64,000 nt of DNA from Eledone cirrhosa. Taxonomy: Eukaryota. Below the pieces are notes generated by a model that was not told where the DNA came from, made no database searches, and saw only the letters and a list, made by a program, of their open reading frames with translations. Made by a program: the position numbers and the translations under genes. Location: contig OZ024743.1 in assembly GCA_964016885.1 (NCBI GenBank), positions 185,876,001 to 185,940,000 of the forward strand. The letters run 5' to 3'. Shown piece after piece: positions 37,916-52,128 of the stretch (position 1 is its first letter; every line of letters begins with the position of its first letter).

Positions 37916-40900
37916 AAAGGGTAACGTTATTTTTTCATTGATAAGATACTCTATTATTTTTCCTGTTCCATATACATTTTGAGCACTTTTAGCATTTGTA
38001 TATTCTGCTTACCTCAAAACAGAAAATGGTTATCTGCTAAAAATAGTTGCCAAGTCTCAGAAATTATACCCAACCATCTCAGAAAAGGTACATTGAATAT
38101 TGTACTCCTGAAATATAGGCGTTCCAGTCATGACCGTCTTTAGATCTTGTTTAATTGATATAGTAATTGAGAATGCAATATTAATATATTTTACTTTTAG
38201 TTAACACAATTAGATTTCTAGCAAACCTATGACTGATATGTATTGCATACCACTGTCTTTACTGGTCTTTCTTATAAATGTAACATTCCTAATAGTCCCA
38301 ACACTCAACAGAGATAACTACAGATGGAGTGAGACTGGAAAAAAATTGGCCTCTTCATGTGAAAATATTTTCTTTCTGGTAGCTTCTGAATCACAATAAA
38401 ATGGTGAAAGCCAATCCAATGTATTTGGAACCCAGTTAGGTATTCAGCAAGTTTGGTTTTAATCTGTTAGCATCATCATTTAAAATCTATTTTCTGTGCT
38501 TGCATAGCTTAAGTCTTGTCACTTACTGAGATTAGACAGGTCAGAGGACCATATCTTGCTTATATGATCCATTTTAGGCTTGGTTTTCTACAGCAGGTTA
38601 CCATTCCTAATGCCAAACACTTTACAGCATGTACAGGGAGCTTTTTTTGTGGTGCCACTACAATCACCATACAGGTTGGACTAAGTGCTTTTTGTTGTTT
38701 CACCAACGTTACCATAGTGCAGGGTGGACTGGGTGCTATTTATCATGGCAGAAGCACTGGGAGAATGAACATGTCATGGGGAAGGCCTTGAAAAGAGTGT
38801 GTTGTGCTTAGTATATTCTGGAGCACGTCTGGCTTTATATGCATGGGCTGGACAGGGAAGGTGTATCAGGGATCTGGAAAGGGGTAGGAGAAAAGTTCAT
38901 TAAATGTTTATTTTCCTTGAAGAATTCTAAATGATATCATTTTATAAAAATGGCTTGTGTAGTTGATTTGATGAACCATGGAGATGTCACATGAAATGAA
39001 AATGATTTATGTTAAACATTGTATCTTAGAATGTGTATATTTCTTGACTCACCTATAGATTAGCATCATTTGTATCCTATAATGTAATAAAATGTAGAGT
39101 TCACTATCCGTTATGAGATGAGTTAAAATTACACCATGGTCAACTTCCCTTTTCATCATTCTAGGGTTCATAAAATAAGTACCACTGAAATAGTAGGGTT
39201 GATTTGTAATCATCAATAACCTCCCCTTCAAAAACATGTATGACTTTGAGCCATTGATATAGATAATTAAATAAAGTTAATATTTAATTTAATAATAAAT
39301 ATTTAAGATAGCAGGCAATGAATAGGCAAAGTCATTAGAATGTTGGATAGAATGCTTTGCAATATTTATTCTGGCTCTCTGCAATCTAAGTTCAAAATTT
39401 GCAGAGGTCAGCTTTGCCCTTTATCTTTTTGAGGTTGATAAAAAAAATGTACCAGACAAGTACTGGGGTCAATTCTTCCTCTATATCTCTCTCTTACTTA
39501 CTCACTTTCATTCTCTCCTTTTCTGAAATAAATCAATTGTATAGTCATGGATAGGGGATGGGCTCTGCCAGGTTTAAAATGTTCAAAACATACTGTATGT
39601 CACTATGGTGCCTTTACAGCACCATATGTTACATTAAAGATAGCTTTCATCCAACCAAAATTATGAGTCCTAAGTTAAGATAATCTCAGATTTTAAGAAT
39701 TCTGGTTTTCTATATCTGCTATATCTTGAGAATTTGGTGTTAGTTTTTATTCAAGATGAAAACATTACAAACATCAGTATCAGTGTTTGCCTACCAAAAT
39801 GGCAGAGAATTGTATACAAATTTTTGGTGGTTTATTAGCAGTTGGATTTCATTAATGGTAAGTGAGAGGAAGGATTGGCAGTTGTTAGAATGTCAGCCAA
39901 ATGTTTAGCGGTATGTGTCCTAGAATTCTAAGTTCAAATCCCACTGAGGTAAATTTTACTTTTCATCCTTCTGGGGCTGATAAAATAAAGTACTAGTTAA
40001 GTACCAGGATCGATTTTATTGACACCCCTCCCCACAAAGAAATTGCTGGCTTTGTGTCAAAAGTAGTAATCATTAATGGTAAGTTTGAAATTATTCAGGT
40101 GGAAACATGTTCTGTCAAGCTGATAAAATGAAATTTTTGAAATTGTTATGCTAATTTAAAACTTTTCAATAAGGGCGTGTTTTATGATTTAATAACCTTT
40201 AAAATGTTCAGCAATGTTTACAACATTTCTTAACCAAAATTGAAAATCGATGAATTCAAATGAAAAAAAGTGGTAAAATTGAGTGTTATTTTAAGATTTT
40301 TTTTTTTGTAAAGTGGTTGCTGATTAGAAAGGCATGTCAGAAAACCTGCAGAGAAGTGCCTAACACTAATCACTTTATAGCATGTATTGGGTGCTTTTAT
40401 TGTGTATATCACCAGCACTAGGGAGGGTTTCATGTTCTTGACATATCTAAAGGATCTTCCCAACACTTTGTTTGGCAAGCTTTCTACAGCTGGATGCCCT
40501 TCCTATGACCAACAACTTTTCAGCATGTACTGGGTGTTTATCGTGTAGATCACCGACACTAGAGAGGTTGTTGTCTTTGACACAGCTGAAGGGTCCTTTC
40601 ACTCCTTTTAAGGGATTGTAAGTCAGTTGCAGGAACATGTAAGCAAGATTCAGGCTCTTGGCTCACCGTGGGGTCAGTACCTTTACTTTTGAGTACCAAC
40701 CTTGTCTGATGATCACCTGTCCAACCCTTGTTACTAAGGAAAGTGGACGTTAAATGATAAGTGAAATTGGCCTTGTGCCATGCATTAAAATTTTAGTCAC
40801 TTGTTTAAGAAAATACTGCAATATATGTATATATATTTACAAAACAATATTACACATTATGTTGGGTACCACCAGATTTCATACTTGAACAGATAACTTG

Positions 40901-41438
40901 ATTTGAAATGCATCTGTTTTTTATTCCTCAGGCTTTCATGTTTACAATGACTGATTCTGTGGGAATATGAGAATATAGATTTACCAATAGTTGTTGAAAT
41001 ACATAAATTGGTGGTGATAAAGTTTGCTTTGTTTTTATATATTAAGGCTAGCATAGTACTTGTCAAAAATGACTGTATAGTATAAAAATATTAAACAATT
41101 CCTTGATTATAACATTCTATATGAAAATGTATGAATCCGTGAGTTTTCCTTGACTTTGTGTATAGATGTATATATATATTTGCTAGCAGGGAAAGAGAGA
41201 GTTAAATGATTATTTAAGTACACACGCACGCGCGCGCGCACATATATATCATAAAACATTAATCACATAACCGCTTTGTGCTAGATTTGTCTGGTAATTT
41301 GGAGCATATATATACTTTATTTTCCTACCTCTCTCTCATACAGTGACAAAATTGTCACTGATAGAACAGCTACCTATCTGTCTATCTATTTGTCTGTCCA
41401 CATACCTATCTGTCTCTATGGAGCTATTTTTTAATCTA

Positions 41439-41621
41439 TACAAGTGGGTGCTGAAAGGTTCCTGGCTTTAAGGGTATTGCGAAAGCGTAGAGCTGTTACC
41501 TTTACAGGGGAGGTAAGACTGCTGCAATAAGTGTGTGGAATATGTTGAATAAACTCATAATTAATTGATCCTCCTTTAGTTTTTTTTACTCAAAGCCAGG
41601 AACTTTTCAGCACCCCTCATA
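41439..41621 (+). mobile_element. Mariner-derived MITE
   Basis: TIRs gggtgctgaaaggttcctggcttt / aaagccaggaacttttcagcaccc, TA flanks, and a transposase C-terminal remnant (KCVEYVE*). Confidence 0.8.
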
Positions 41622-42129
41622 TTTACTAATGTACCAATATTTAGACAGTAACAGCAACAAAGCATGAATCCCAACCATCATCATCATCATCATTTCCATT
41701 TAATGTCAATTTTTCCACACTTGCATGGGTTAGACTGGTTGTCCATGCCGAGAGGCAAGTCTGGCCAGGGTTGGCTGTGTGTCACACCTTGTTCTGGCGA
41801 GGACTGTAAATTTGGCTGGGTATTTTACTGTTGGATACCCTTCCTAACACCAACAACGTTTACAGTGTGGAACTGGATGACTCCATTATGAGGAGGGACA
41901 GTTGGCTGCGCTGAACATGTGTCAATGGAGCCCAACCCATCACACAGTGGAACCATAGTTTTGGAGCCCAGTCCTGGATGGCACTGGAACGAGGAGCTTA
42001 GACCCATCTTACAGTGTAGCCAGAGTTTTGGGGCCTGGTACTGGGTGGCACTGCTATGAGGAGGGATCAGTTCAAAAATAGATACAAAAGTTGAACAAAA
42101 ACATCGTAATTTAGTGGATATATATTTAA

Positions 42130-42243
42130 TAATTGTTTCTACTTTAGGCACAAGGCCAGCAATACCCAGTACATTACTGGTACTTTATTTTATCGACCCT
42201 GTAAGGATGAAAGGCAAAGTTAACCTCGGCGGGATTTGAACTC
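42130..42243 (-). mobile_element. Truncated Nin/Deu SINE with TSD
   Basis: Flanked by ggatatatatttaat on both sides. Confidence 0.8.
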
Positions 42244-42503
42244 GGATATATATTTAATGATGAATGATAATATGAAAAAACATTATTGTAACTGATTTAA
42301 ATGTAAAATGAAATACAGCAATAACTAGTGATGACAAAGAAGGCCTGGGAAAACATGAGTATTCAAGCGTCTTACTTGAAATGTACTCAAGGAATTAAAT
42401 AAAATATTTTTTATTTTCCCTGTCATTTTTGATGGAGACTATGCTTGTGTGTTTATGTATGTCCCACCCTTGCAAGCAGAGAAAAGCGGACATAAAATGT
42501 GTG

Positions 42504-42566
<63 letters not shown>

Positions 42567-42849
42567 TCATCCTTCTGTAGAATCCTAACCTGAAACAGTC
42601 CTATATAAGCAAGATATGGTCACCTGACCTAACTTGCCTCAAATGGAACAACCCGTCTAACTCAAGCTAGCATGGAAAATGGACATTAAATGATATATAT
42701 ATATATATACATATATCTATAGCAGTAGGACTCGTATAGTTTTATTCACAATAGAGGTGTATATGAAAGCATATAAAATATGTTTGTGCATGATAAACAT
42801 ATGTCTTGCTATGGGTGTTTTAAGCTGTGATTGTCACAGCTAGCCCAGT

Positions 42850-42903
42850 GACGACACCAGACACTAGTGTTTCATGATTTTTTATCCTTCTTCAGTGACA
42901 CTT
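42850..42903 (-). ncRNA. Candidate minimal type-I hammerhead ribozyme (degenerate)
   Basis: gtgtca-CTGAAGA-aggat aaaa aatcat-GAAA-cactagtg-TC-tggtgt on the minus strand; palindromic stem III; lies between direct repeats. Confidence 0.45.
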
Positions 42904-43950
42904 AGTACTGAGACTGGGATAATCTATACCTTATATAGATTTTGTGTATAAAATGTCTTCTAGCAATGCTCATGTGTATATAATGCAAACTTTACTGGCT
43001 TGGATTAATTAGCAGTAATACTAACACAATAGGATTCTTAATGGAGGCGTATATGAAAGCGTATTCAATATGTTTATATAAAATGAACATACATAAGTCT
43101 TGCTATGCAATCTTAACAGCAGAATCTGTGTTTGTGTTTTTATTGTTGGGTTTAATTCAGCTGTCATTGTCTTTTGATTAATGTTGGGGAAAAGAAAAAA
43201 CAAATATATGTAATGTTTTTTTGTTTTGTTGGCTTTGCATATTGAAGTAGTTTCTGTGCCTAGTTGACTGTTTGTGAGGGTTATAGTATTGGTATTGTAA
43301 GTGTACTGTGTATGTTTGTATTGTCTGTAATTTTGTTAGCCATTGCTGAATGGTATCAATATTGGTATCTAGTTATGTAAGTGGCAGTATATTTAACATT
43401 ATGTATACATTGGTCAACTTTGCCTTTCATCTTTTCAAGGTTGATAAAAAAGTACCAGTCTAAGTACTGGGATCAATTCTTCTTCTATATCTCTTTCTCA
43501 CTTCCCCTCTCTCACTTTCTCTGGAAGAAATATGATGTACTCAGACCTGTAGAGGAATGGGTTCCACAAGGCTTAAAATGCCCAAGAAATGCTGTTTGTC
43601 AATATGGCACCCCTATGACTCCACCAGGGACCATATCATTACTTTACAGAGAAAGGTTTTGGTTGTTGTATTAGTGTTGTGTAATGGGATGGTTCTCTGT
43701 GTTTGGTGGATTATGTTTTGTGCGTATTATTAAATTTGTATTGTGGGTGTCTGGTATATAATTTCTGTTGCCATTTCTGTGGTATTGTTATATTTATCCA
43801 TATGTTTCCGTTCATGGTGCCATGAAAAATGCACTCGGCCCGCTCTATAAAGTCGTAGTGTCAGTGCCATAATAAAATGCTCCCAGTCCACACTGTAAAG
43901 TGGTTAGCGTTAGGAAGGGCATCCAGTAATAGAAACCATGCCAAAAATTG

Positions 43951-46356
43951 AATCATCATCATCATCATCGTTTATTGTCTATATGCTTCAGCTTCGGCTT
44001 GTTCCTGTGGGGGGTCGGGTCTTCAGTATTACTGCGTGACACAGGAGGTCACGGTCGTGTGTCATTGCGCTTGAGAGGTGCAATTGGGTAAGGTCGGCCT
44101 TAACCACCTCATCCCAGGTCTTCTTGGGTCTCCCCACTCCGGCTTCCATCAACTTCTAGTGCTCTGCACCTTTTTATGCAGCTGTCATCCTTCATACGCA
44201 TCACATGTCCATACCAACGTAACCTCCTCTCCTGCACACAGCATTTGATTGCTCTTATGCTCAGTCTCTCTCTCAATTCGTTTATACTTTGCCATTCGCG
44301 TATATTATTATTACACATCCATCGGAGCATGCAAGCTTCGTTTCTTTCTAATCTGCGCAAGTCTTCCACAGACAGCGCCCAGGTTTCACTTCCATGTAAC
44401 ATTGCCATTCTTATACATGCATCATACAGTCTGCCTTTCATTTTGAGGGAAAAGCCTTTTGCAGCTAGCAGTGGCAGTAGCTCCCTGAACTTCCATCCTC
44501 TTCTTACCTTAGTTATTGTACTTTCCGAACACCCACCTCTGCTGCTAATTTGGTCACCTAGGTAGCAGAAGCTGTCTACTGTTTCTACAGAGCCCTCCCA
44601 GAGTTTGGTGGTGCTTGTTTCCTGTGGTCGTTTGCTGCTTGCTGTCCCAGCACGGCTGCTACATATGAAGCCTACATTCTTAGTTAAACTTCCTGAGATC
44701 CCTCTACATCTCTTGTGTACCCATTGTTTGCATTTGGGGCAGAGGATGGAGTTCCTACCTACACCTTTCCTACATACTGAGCAAGGCCATTTCCCTGAGG
44801 GAATCTGGGTTCTGTTTGCTCGTCTATTTACAAGTACCTTAGTCTTTGTCAGGTTGACTCTGAGGCCCCTTCTTTCTAGTCCCTGCTTCCATGTTTGGAA
44901 TTTCTTCTCTAGTTCAACCATGGATTCAGCTATAAGTGCGAGATCATCCGCATACAGAAGTTCCCATGGGCATCCGCTCTTAAACTCCTCCGTTATTGCC
45001 TGCAAAACTATAATGAACAGGAGAGGGCTAAGAACAGAGCCCTGGTGGACACCGACCTGTATGCTAAATTCCTCACTATAGTCATTGCTAACTCTAACTT
45101 TGCTGACTCTATGCATGACTTGTACAGATTTCACAAGCCATTCATCTACTCCTAATTTTATAAGAGCCCACCAGATTATAGCACAGGGGACTCTGTCGAA
45201 GGCTTTTTCCAGATCGACGAATGCCAGGTAGAGCGGCTTACTTTTAGCTAGGTACTTTTCCTGTAACTGCCTCACAAGGAAGAGGGCATCAGTGGTACCT
45301 TTTCCTGGTACAAACCCAAATTGCATCTCATCTAGTTTCACCCGGTCCCTAATCAACTGTGCTATAACTCTTTCCATTACTTTCATGACCTGGTCCATCA
45401 GCTTTATACCTCTATAGTTTCCTCTATCTAGTGCATCACGTTTACCTTTGTAGCAGTTGACAATGATGCTGCTGCACCAATCCTTTGGTATGATTCCCTG
45501 TAGTATTACCTGGTTAACAATACGTGTGGTTATGGTGTGACCTACCGACCCAGGTGCCTTCAGCATCTTGGCAGCTATACTCGATGAACTGGTTGCCTTC
45601 CCTGTCTTCATATCTTTGATTGCCTTACTTACTATGCTGCTGCTGACTTGTACTGCTGGCCCCTCTCTAGGGTCCGCTTGGGGTAGGGTCTCTTTTTCCC
45701 ATGCATCCTCCTCGTATCTTTCATAATGGCTCTTCCACGCAGCTTTCTTCTCAGCACTTGTTAGGGCAAGCTCACCTTTATCATCTCGGACACACTTCTC
45801 TCCAATGACATCACAATTCTCTATGACAACTACCTCGCAATCTTGAACACCTGTTTCTGGTCCTCACGTTGCAAAACATGCTTGAATTTTCTATCCTCTG
45901 CTATCCTTCTAGCTAAGTATACATCGCCTAGCTTCCCTCCTGGTCTCTATGTAATGTACCCTGCTACTCCCGTTCTTCCATTCTTTCCATGCCTGTCTCT
46001 TAGCCTTAACTGCCTCATCTACCTTATTGTTCGACAACCAAACTCTCCTCCTCCCTGTGGACTTGCTCCAACCACAGATCTTGTCCGTCGCCTTTAGTAA
46101 GTTATTTTTTAGGAACTCCCAGTGCTCTTCTACATTGAATGTCTCTATCTGTTCTTCTTTACTGTCATAGGCGTCGAGTAGAATATCTTTAAACCTGCTA
46201 CTGACTGAGGGATCTTTCAGCTTCCAGATCTTTCTTCTCCAGGTTGCCTTCTGTTTCCAAGTTCTAGTTTTGACAGCGAGGTCGCTGACAACTAAGTTAT
46301 GTTGGGAGGTACATTCCTCACCAGGGAAGGCTTTTGTGTTTACTACAGTCCATCCT
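43951..46356 (-). mobile_element. 5'-truncated RTE LINE (subfamily 1) in PEF1 intron 1
   Basis: 500-aa ORF 44109..45611 with RT motifs including YADD and the PHD finger; short 3' UTR and (GAT)n tail. Confidence 0.95.
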
Positions 46357-47139
46357 GGAGTTGCTTGACACTAAACATGATTGTAAATTCAAATAATAAT
46401 AGTGCCCACCTCCTACAACTTTGCAGTGAGTTGAATCTTGTTGGAAATACATGGTTTCACCAAAACTATAAATACATAGGTAGCTGAAAACATCCTGGCT
46501 CTAACCATTGGCACATGTTAGACTGTATAGTACACCATCAGGATCTCCCAAGACTTTAACAAGAAGGGGGCTGAATGTTGAACTGAGCACCGACTAGTTA
46601 GGTCGATCAAACATTTCTCTCCAAAATCGTCCCAGAGTAAAACAGAACATAGTCTCCCCATCCCCGAAACACTTAATGGGCACATAAAGCTTCCGAGTGT
46701 CAACTTTCTGCTGACACTAAGATCTCAAGAGGCCTCTAGAGCCTATTGAAAAGGCATATGGTCAACAGCAAGCAATGTTTGCTCTTCTCAGATCTAAGGT
46801 AAAGAAACATACTGGCAGGCTGCAAAGAAAAGGTGGTGACCATTAATCAATATTTTATCATTAACGAAGTTGTAATCTACCAACAGCTTGACATTATTCA
46901 CTCTCTTAATGTTTGTACATGTGAGGAAATTGTGCTTTCTGTGAGCTAGATGAAAGATAATAAAACTTCTCGGATGGAGGGTTAGACTAGTGTTAAAGTA
47001 TGGGAGCATGACATCTAGGGGAAAAAAGGAGGTCCCCCAGGAAGTGCTGGTTTCACCCTAATAGAAAGGCTCTAAATCAGAGTGTAGGAATTTCAGAGGA
47101 ATCTCCCTATTGTCCTTGGTAAAATCCTTTCCCATGCCA

Positions 47140-47450
47140 TAACAAAATGCATTCAACCTACACTGTAAAGTACCAGTGTACCAGTGCCATGATAAATGAA
47201 CTCAGCCCACTTGGTAAAGTGGTAGTGCAGGTACCATGATAAAAGCACCCAGTTCACCCTGAGAATTGGTAGTGGTGGTGCTATGATGAAATGTGTTCAG
47301 TACATGCTGCAAAGTGGTTGGCATTAGGCAGAGCATCCAGCCATAGAAACCATGCTAGAATGGAATGTATGAATAAAACACACCCATCTGACATAATCTG
47401 GCCTCAGATTGTAACAACTTGTCTAATCCATGAAAGCATGGAAAATAGTC
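47140..47450 (+). repeat. RTE-related 3' element with ~4 minisatellite units
   Basis: Same units and box as 7660-8178. Confidence 0.7.
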
Positions 47451-47539
47451 AGTATATTTAATGTTGGTCAGATCCAGTAGTGTAGAGAGCAGAATGGAGT
47501 ACAAAAGACATATTTAGTGTCTGCTGTTCCAGATGTGTA

Positions 47540-48270
47540 GCAGACAGAACATACCACTGTATCACTGTTTATTCACACCTCTAAAACAGTTGACACCTTC
47601 AACAGAGAGATGCTGTGGAAGATATTTCTAAGACGGGGTTGTTCAGAGAAATGTGTTGCAGGGTTGTTCAGAGAAATGTGCATGAAGGCAAGGGGTAATT
47701 ATATTGGTTCTCCCTCTTCAGTAAAAAATGAATTAAAATAAGGGGAGGTTGTTGCACCTACTCTGTTCACAATATACTCTGCTGTGGTGTTTTTTTGTGG
47801 ATTTCAAAGGTATATACATTAAATATCACACATCAAGCAAGGTATTCAACTTATGTAAATAAACTTATGATTTTATCCACCCTATTCAGAGATCTCTTAC
47901 ATGCAGATGACTCCAAAATAGTGACAAAGCAGAGATCCAAATATAAGTTTTCATGGACCACCAGTGCTTGCAAAGCGCTCAGGCTCAAAATAAACTTCAG
48001 TAAGACTAGCCATTTACAAACCTACTTCTAACCAACCTTCAGTGCTAATGGGAAACTGTTGTAGATAATTCAGTCTTTTGTGTACCTGAGCAGCACATTT
48101 ATAGATGGTGAAGGCCTTGACACTGAAATTTCTTTCTGCATTGATAAAGCGTTGTGATGTTCCTCAAATGTTGAAAAGCACCTTTGGTTCAAACATGGCA
48201 TAAATATGGTGACCAAAATCTTTGTATATAGAGCATGAGTTGTAATGGGTCTTCTATGATGTGATTGGAA
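47540..48270 (+). mobile_element. Old BovB-like RTE RT remnant
   Basis: Degenerate VAPTLF, RDLLHADD, LKINFSKT and FVYLSS motifs. Confidence 0.6.
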
Positions 48271-48439
48271 CAATTAGCATAGAAATATTTTCACTGGATG
48301 TAACAACAGTAAGCTTCTTAAAGCCACCTTACCTGCTAAAACAGGGGTTAGCCTTGTGGGCTCCTTGACAAGCTTCTCTATTTTCTCCTTTATTGCCTGC
48401 ATACCCTAGCTTTCATTTCTTTCATCATTTTTAGTATTT

Positions 48440-48830
48440 CTTTGTTTTTTTCTTTCCTCTACTTCCTTCCACATTCATTTCCATCACTCCTCTCACTCAA
48501 TCACTTTCATCCATCCACAACATGTGCTCCAACCATCTAATTCCATTTCTCTTCACAACATCCATCTCTGGTTTTATTCCCATCATCTTCTGCAATTTAT
48601 TGTTTGTCTTCTTCTCTGTTGGTAATACTCCATTCAGCCACTGAACCGTTCTCATTTCCATTGTTTTCAGCCTTCTCTGTTGCTCCATGTTTATCAACCA
48701 TGTCTCACTCTCATTAATCACAGTACTTCTCATGCATGTAGCACATGCCTATCAATTTCAGCAACACTCTTTTCCTCATAGCCCACCACTCAGTTCCCAG
48801 AATTTCTTCCTTGCACACCTCACTGGGTTT
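48440..48830 (-). mobile_element. Old RTE C-terminal remnant
   Basis: ESETW...EMRTVQW..GV...IRWLEHML. Confidence 0.65.
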
Positions 48831-49330
48831 TAAAATATAGAAATATAATGAAACTGGATATTGAGAAGACTATATGGATAATGATAGATGATATTCATTG
48901 AACACATCATAATTTAACATCAATCTTCTCTATTATCAAGGGTTGGATGGGTCTTCAAAGACTGAATCATTATTCAATCAGAGCTACTGACCTCATTCCA
49001 ATAAAATCATTAAATGGAGTAGATTTCCTCAGAGATAAGTTTAATAACAGAAATCAATCAAGATCATATCGATATAGAGGAAATGTAAAATTATTGTCAG
49101 ATTTAAAGATAAAGATGGTCTACAAAATGTTTGAAATCTTTTGCTTAGTAAAATAAAAGGCTAATATAATTCTGAAAATGGAGTAAATGTGCCTAGTCAG
49201 TTATAAACTAGTCTACAATTATAAATTGCAGTTATATCACCCATCCCCTCTCTTTCAGATATTTGAGAAATTGACTTCTGGAGTGCACAAGATTTTTAAT
49301 GAAATATTAAATTATTCATGCAAAATGCTC

Positions 49331-49546
49331 AGCATACTTTAAACCGGCCGTATCTGGCCAGAATTCTCTCACCTCTTTCTGTTCAAACCGGCCATAACTG
49401 ACTGCTCATACTGATGTTAAGGTATTGATCTAAAAATAAATATCATCTCATAGATTTGATATTATGCGAGATAATTATGTAGGATAAAGCCTTCACCACA
49501 AAAATACAATAATATATATAGAATAATATAAATACTAACAGGTTAA
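49331..49546 (-). mobile_element. piggyBac-like MITE, copy 3
   Basis: Reverse-complement homology to 5217-5441. Confidence 0.7.
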
Positions 49547-50789
49547 AGAAATAATTAGTAGTTATTTATGATGGTCTCTTTACACAACTGTATTATTTAA
49601 TGTTACTAAGTTAATTTTAATAAATCAAGCTTTTTAGTAATTTTCTCTCCTGATGACCCTTCAGTTCAGAAGACGTGTAGAGATTTATGAAAATTTTGAT
49701 CTATTAACATAAAGAACTGCCAAAAGCTGTGGCAGATTTTTGTTATTAGAAACAGAAGAATATTAGAAATTTTAAAAGTTGTAGATTTTAAATGTACATT
49801 TTCTAGTTTTTTCTTTCCTTTGTATATGAAGTAGTGCTAGGTACCATCTTAGTAATATATGGTGAATAGGTTAAAAACTGAAACTTATCTATAAGCTGAG
49901 ATTGAACCAGTTTCACTGACAATATGTTCAGAAAATACTACATGTAGTGCAATGTACTAAATAATGACATGATAACGCACTTCAATTCATTATCAAATGG
50001 ATCAGGAACAAAACAGATAACTAATTGAATCTTTGAACCTTTCATTGTAATTTAATATACCATGATCATCACTCAGGCTCAATTTTTCCCCGTATCATTT
50101 TCATTTTTTATAAATATTTTTTCCTCTTTACCTACTTTTAAAAATCTGCTATTTATTATCTTCTATATTATTGTTGTGAAAATCATTTACTAGAAGCTAT
50201 ATAGAATGAATAAATAAATTCCTTGTTACAAGTATGAAAGAATTTATAATTATTTTAAAAATGGTGGCGAATTGGAGTCGTTGCTAGAAGGTCAGATAGA
50301 ATGCTTTGCAGTATTTGTTCTGGCACTGTGCTCTGGTTTCAAAACCCAACGAGTTCAACTCTGCCTTTCATTCTTTCGAGGTTGATTTGTGCCCCTTCTC
50401 TTCTCTCTCTCTCTCCTTCACTCTCTAAGAAGAAGAAATTGACTGTTCATACCTGGAGGAGGATGGGCTGAGATACGTATTATATCATTACGGGACCCCT
50501 ACAAATTCATCAGGAGTTATGGGACTAATCAAAAACAAGAGACTAAAGTAACATATAATAAAAAGACCAGATTCACCTTTAGTCGTTTATATGGGTTAAC
50601 AAATTTTATGTTATATCGTTAGTTTTATGTTGAATAAAGTTTTAAGTATTTTTAATTTTAAAACAATTTATTCAACATAGACATTATTTTGTGATATTGG
50701 AAATTGAGTATACTATATAAGCTAACTAATTTAGAATGGATTGGGAGTTGAGATCAGAGCAGATCAATGCCAATCCTAGAAATATTGGT

Positions 50790-51016
50790 TTAAGCCTTTA
50801 GCATTTACATTAATCTATATTTACAATTATATTTTCATGGTAAAGGCTTTACCTCACATAATTATCTCACATAATATTGAATATATGATTATGATATTAG
50901 TTTTTTGGGGAGCAATAACTTAACATCAGTATGAGCAGCCAGTTACAGTCGGTTTGAAAAGAAAGAGGTGAGAGAATTCTGGCCAGATACAGGCAGTTTA
51001 AATGCTAAAGGGTTTA
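50790..51016 (+). mobile_element. piggyBac-like MITE, copy 4
   Basis: Homology to 5217-5441. Confidence 0.7.
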
Positions 51017-51409
51017 GAACTTTGAAGTTTGCTAGCAGTTCTATTTTGAGAGACAATCTGAACAAGTTTGTTGTATTTTCATAAACTGTGTGTCACTCTG
51101 AATGTATTATGTTTGAAGATGCGAATACAATATATTAAATCTACCCATTAAGTTTAAGCCACACTCTGTGGCAGCATGTCGGAATGTCTTTAGAAGGAGT
51201 GTAACTTTCAGTTTGTTACTGCAGCTTAACACTGATGAGTCAATACAAGATGACTTTATTAGTGGTTTAGAGTTGCCATTAATTTGACAGTGTTTATTAG
51301 AAAATGGAACTTTAAGATTTGTCAACTGTGTTTGATCAAGCGAGAACTATGATTTCACTTTAAAATATTCAGAACTGCATTGTTGTAACCAGTTAATCTA
51401 GTCAAATGG

Positions 51410-51852
51410 AGCTGTAAGGTGATAGTACAGGTAACATGACAAAAAGTACTCAGTCCACCCTGTAAAGTGGTCGCGTTTGTGCCATAATAGAAAACACCCA
51501 GTCCACATTGTAAGGTGGTCATGCTTGTGCCATGACAACAAGCACCCAGTCCACCCTATAAGGTGGGTGTACTGGTGCCATGACAAAATGCACTCCACAA
51601 ATGCTGGTACCACAACAAAAAGCACTCGGTCCACTTTGTAAGGTGGGTTGTGCTGGTGCCACAACAAAAAATACCCAGCTCACCCTGTAAGGTGGTCATG
51701 CTGTAAAGTGATTGGCATTATGAAAGGTATCCAGCCCCCACCCCCACACACACACACTAAAACAAGACATGGTCATATGACCTGTCTAGCCTCATATGGG
51801 GACAACCTGTCATACCCATGCAAGAATGGAAAATAGGCAAACTGATGATGAT
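51410..51852 (+). repeat. RTE-related 3' element with ~6 minisatellite units
   Basis: Repeated aagcacccagtccaccctgtaaggtgg units followed by the box and GAT tail. Confidence 0.75.
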
Positions 51853-51929
51853 ACAACTGATCAAAGTATAGCTCATAAAAACAAGGTATACTTTCAAGTA
51901 AGTTTGTTTTGAAACGACGAGCGAGTTTG

Positions 51930-52128
51930 AAAATAGAAATAGCTTTTGCCGTATTTTTTTTTTACTAAAGAAATGTTAGCCTGATTGTGGGGTTTAGAAC
52001 CTTCTCAGAAATGGAAAAAGACGAGTATTGACGTACACTCATCTTTTTTCATTTCTTAGAAGGTTCTTAACCCCACAATCAGGCTAAAATTTCTTTAGTA
52101 AAAAAAATACAGCAAAAGCTTCTATTTT
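51930..52128. repeat. Long fold-back with ~95-bp arms
   Basis: agcttttgccgtatttt..gagt pairs with actc..aaaatacagcaaaagct, with a short loop. Confidence 0.9.

Noticed and set aside
51232-51260. CTGATGAG hammerhead-like core (similar motifs at ~34046 minus and ~49650)
   Set aside because: No correctly placed GAAA, stem III or cleavage triplet.
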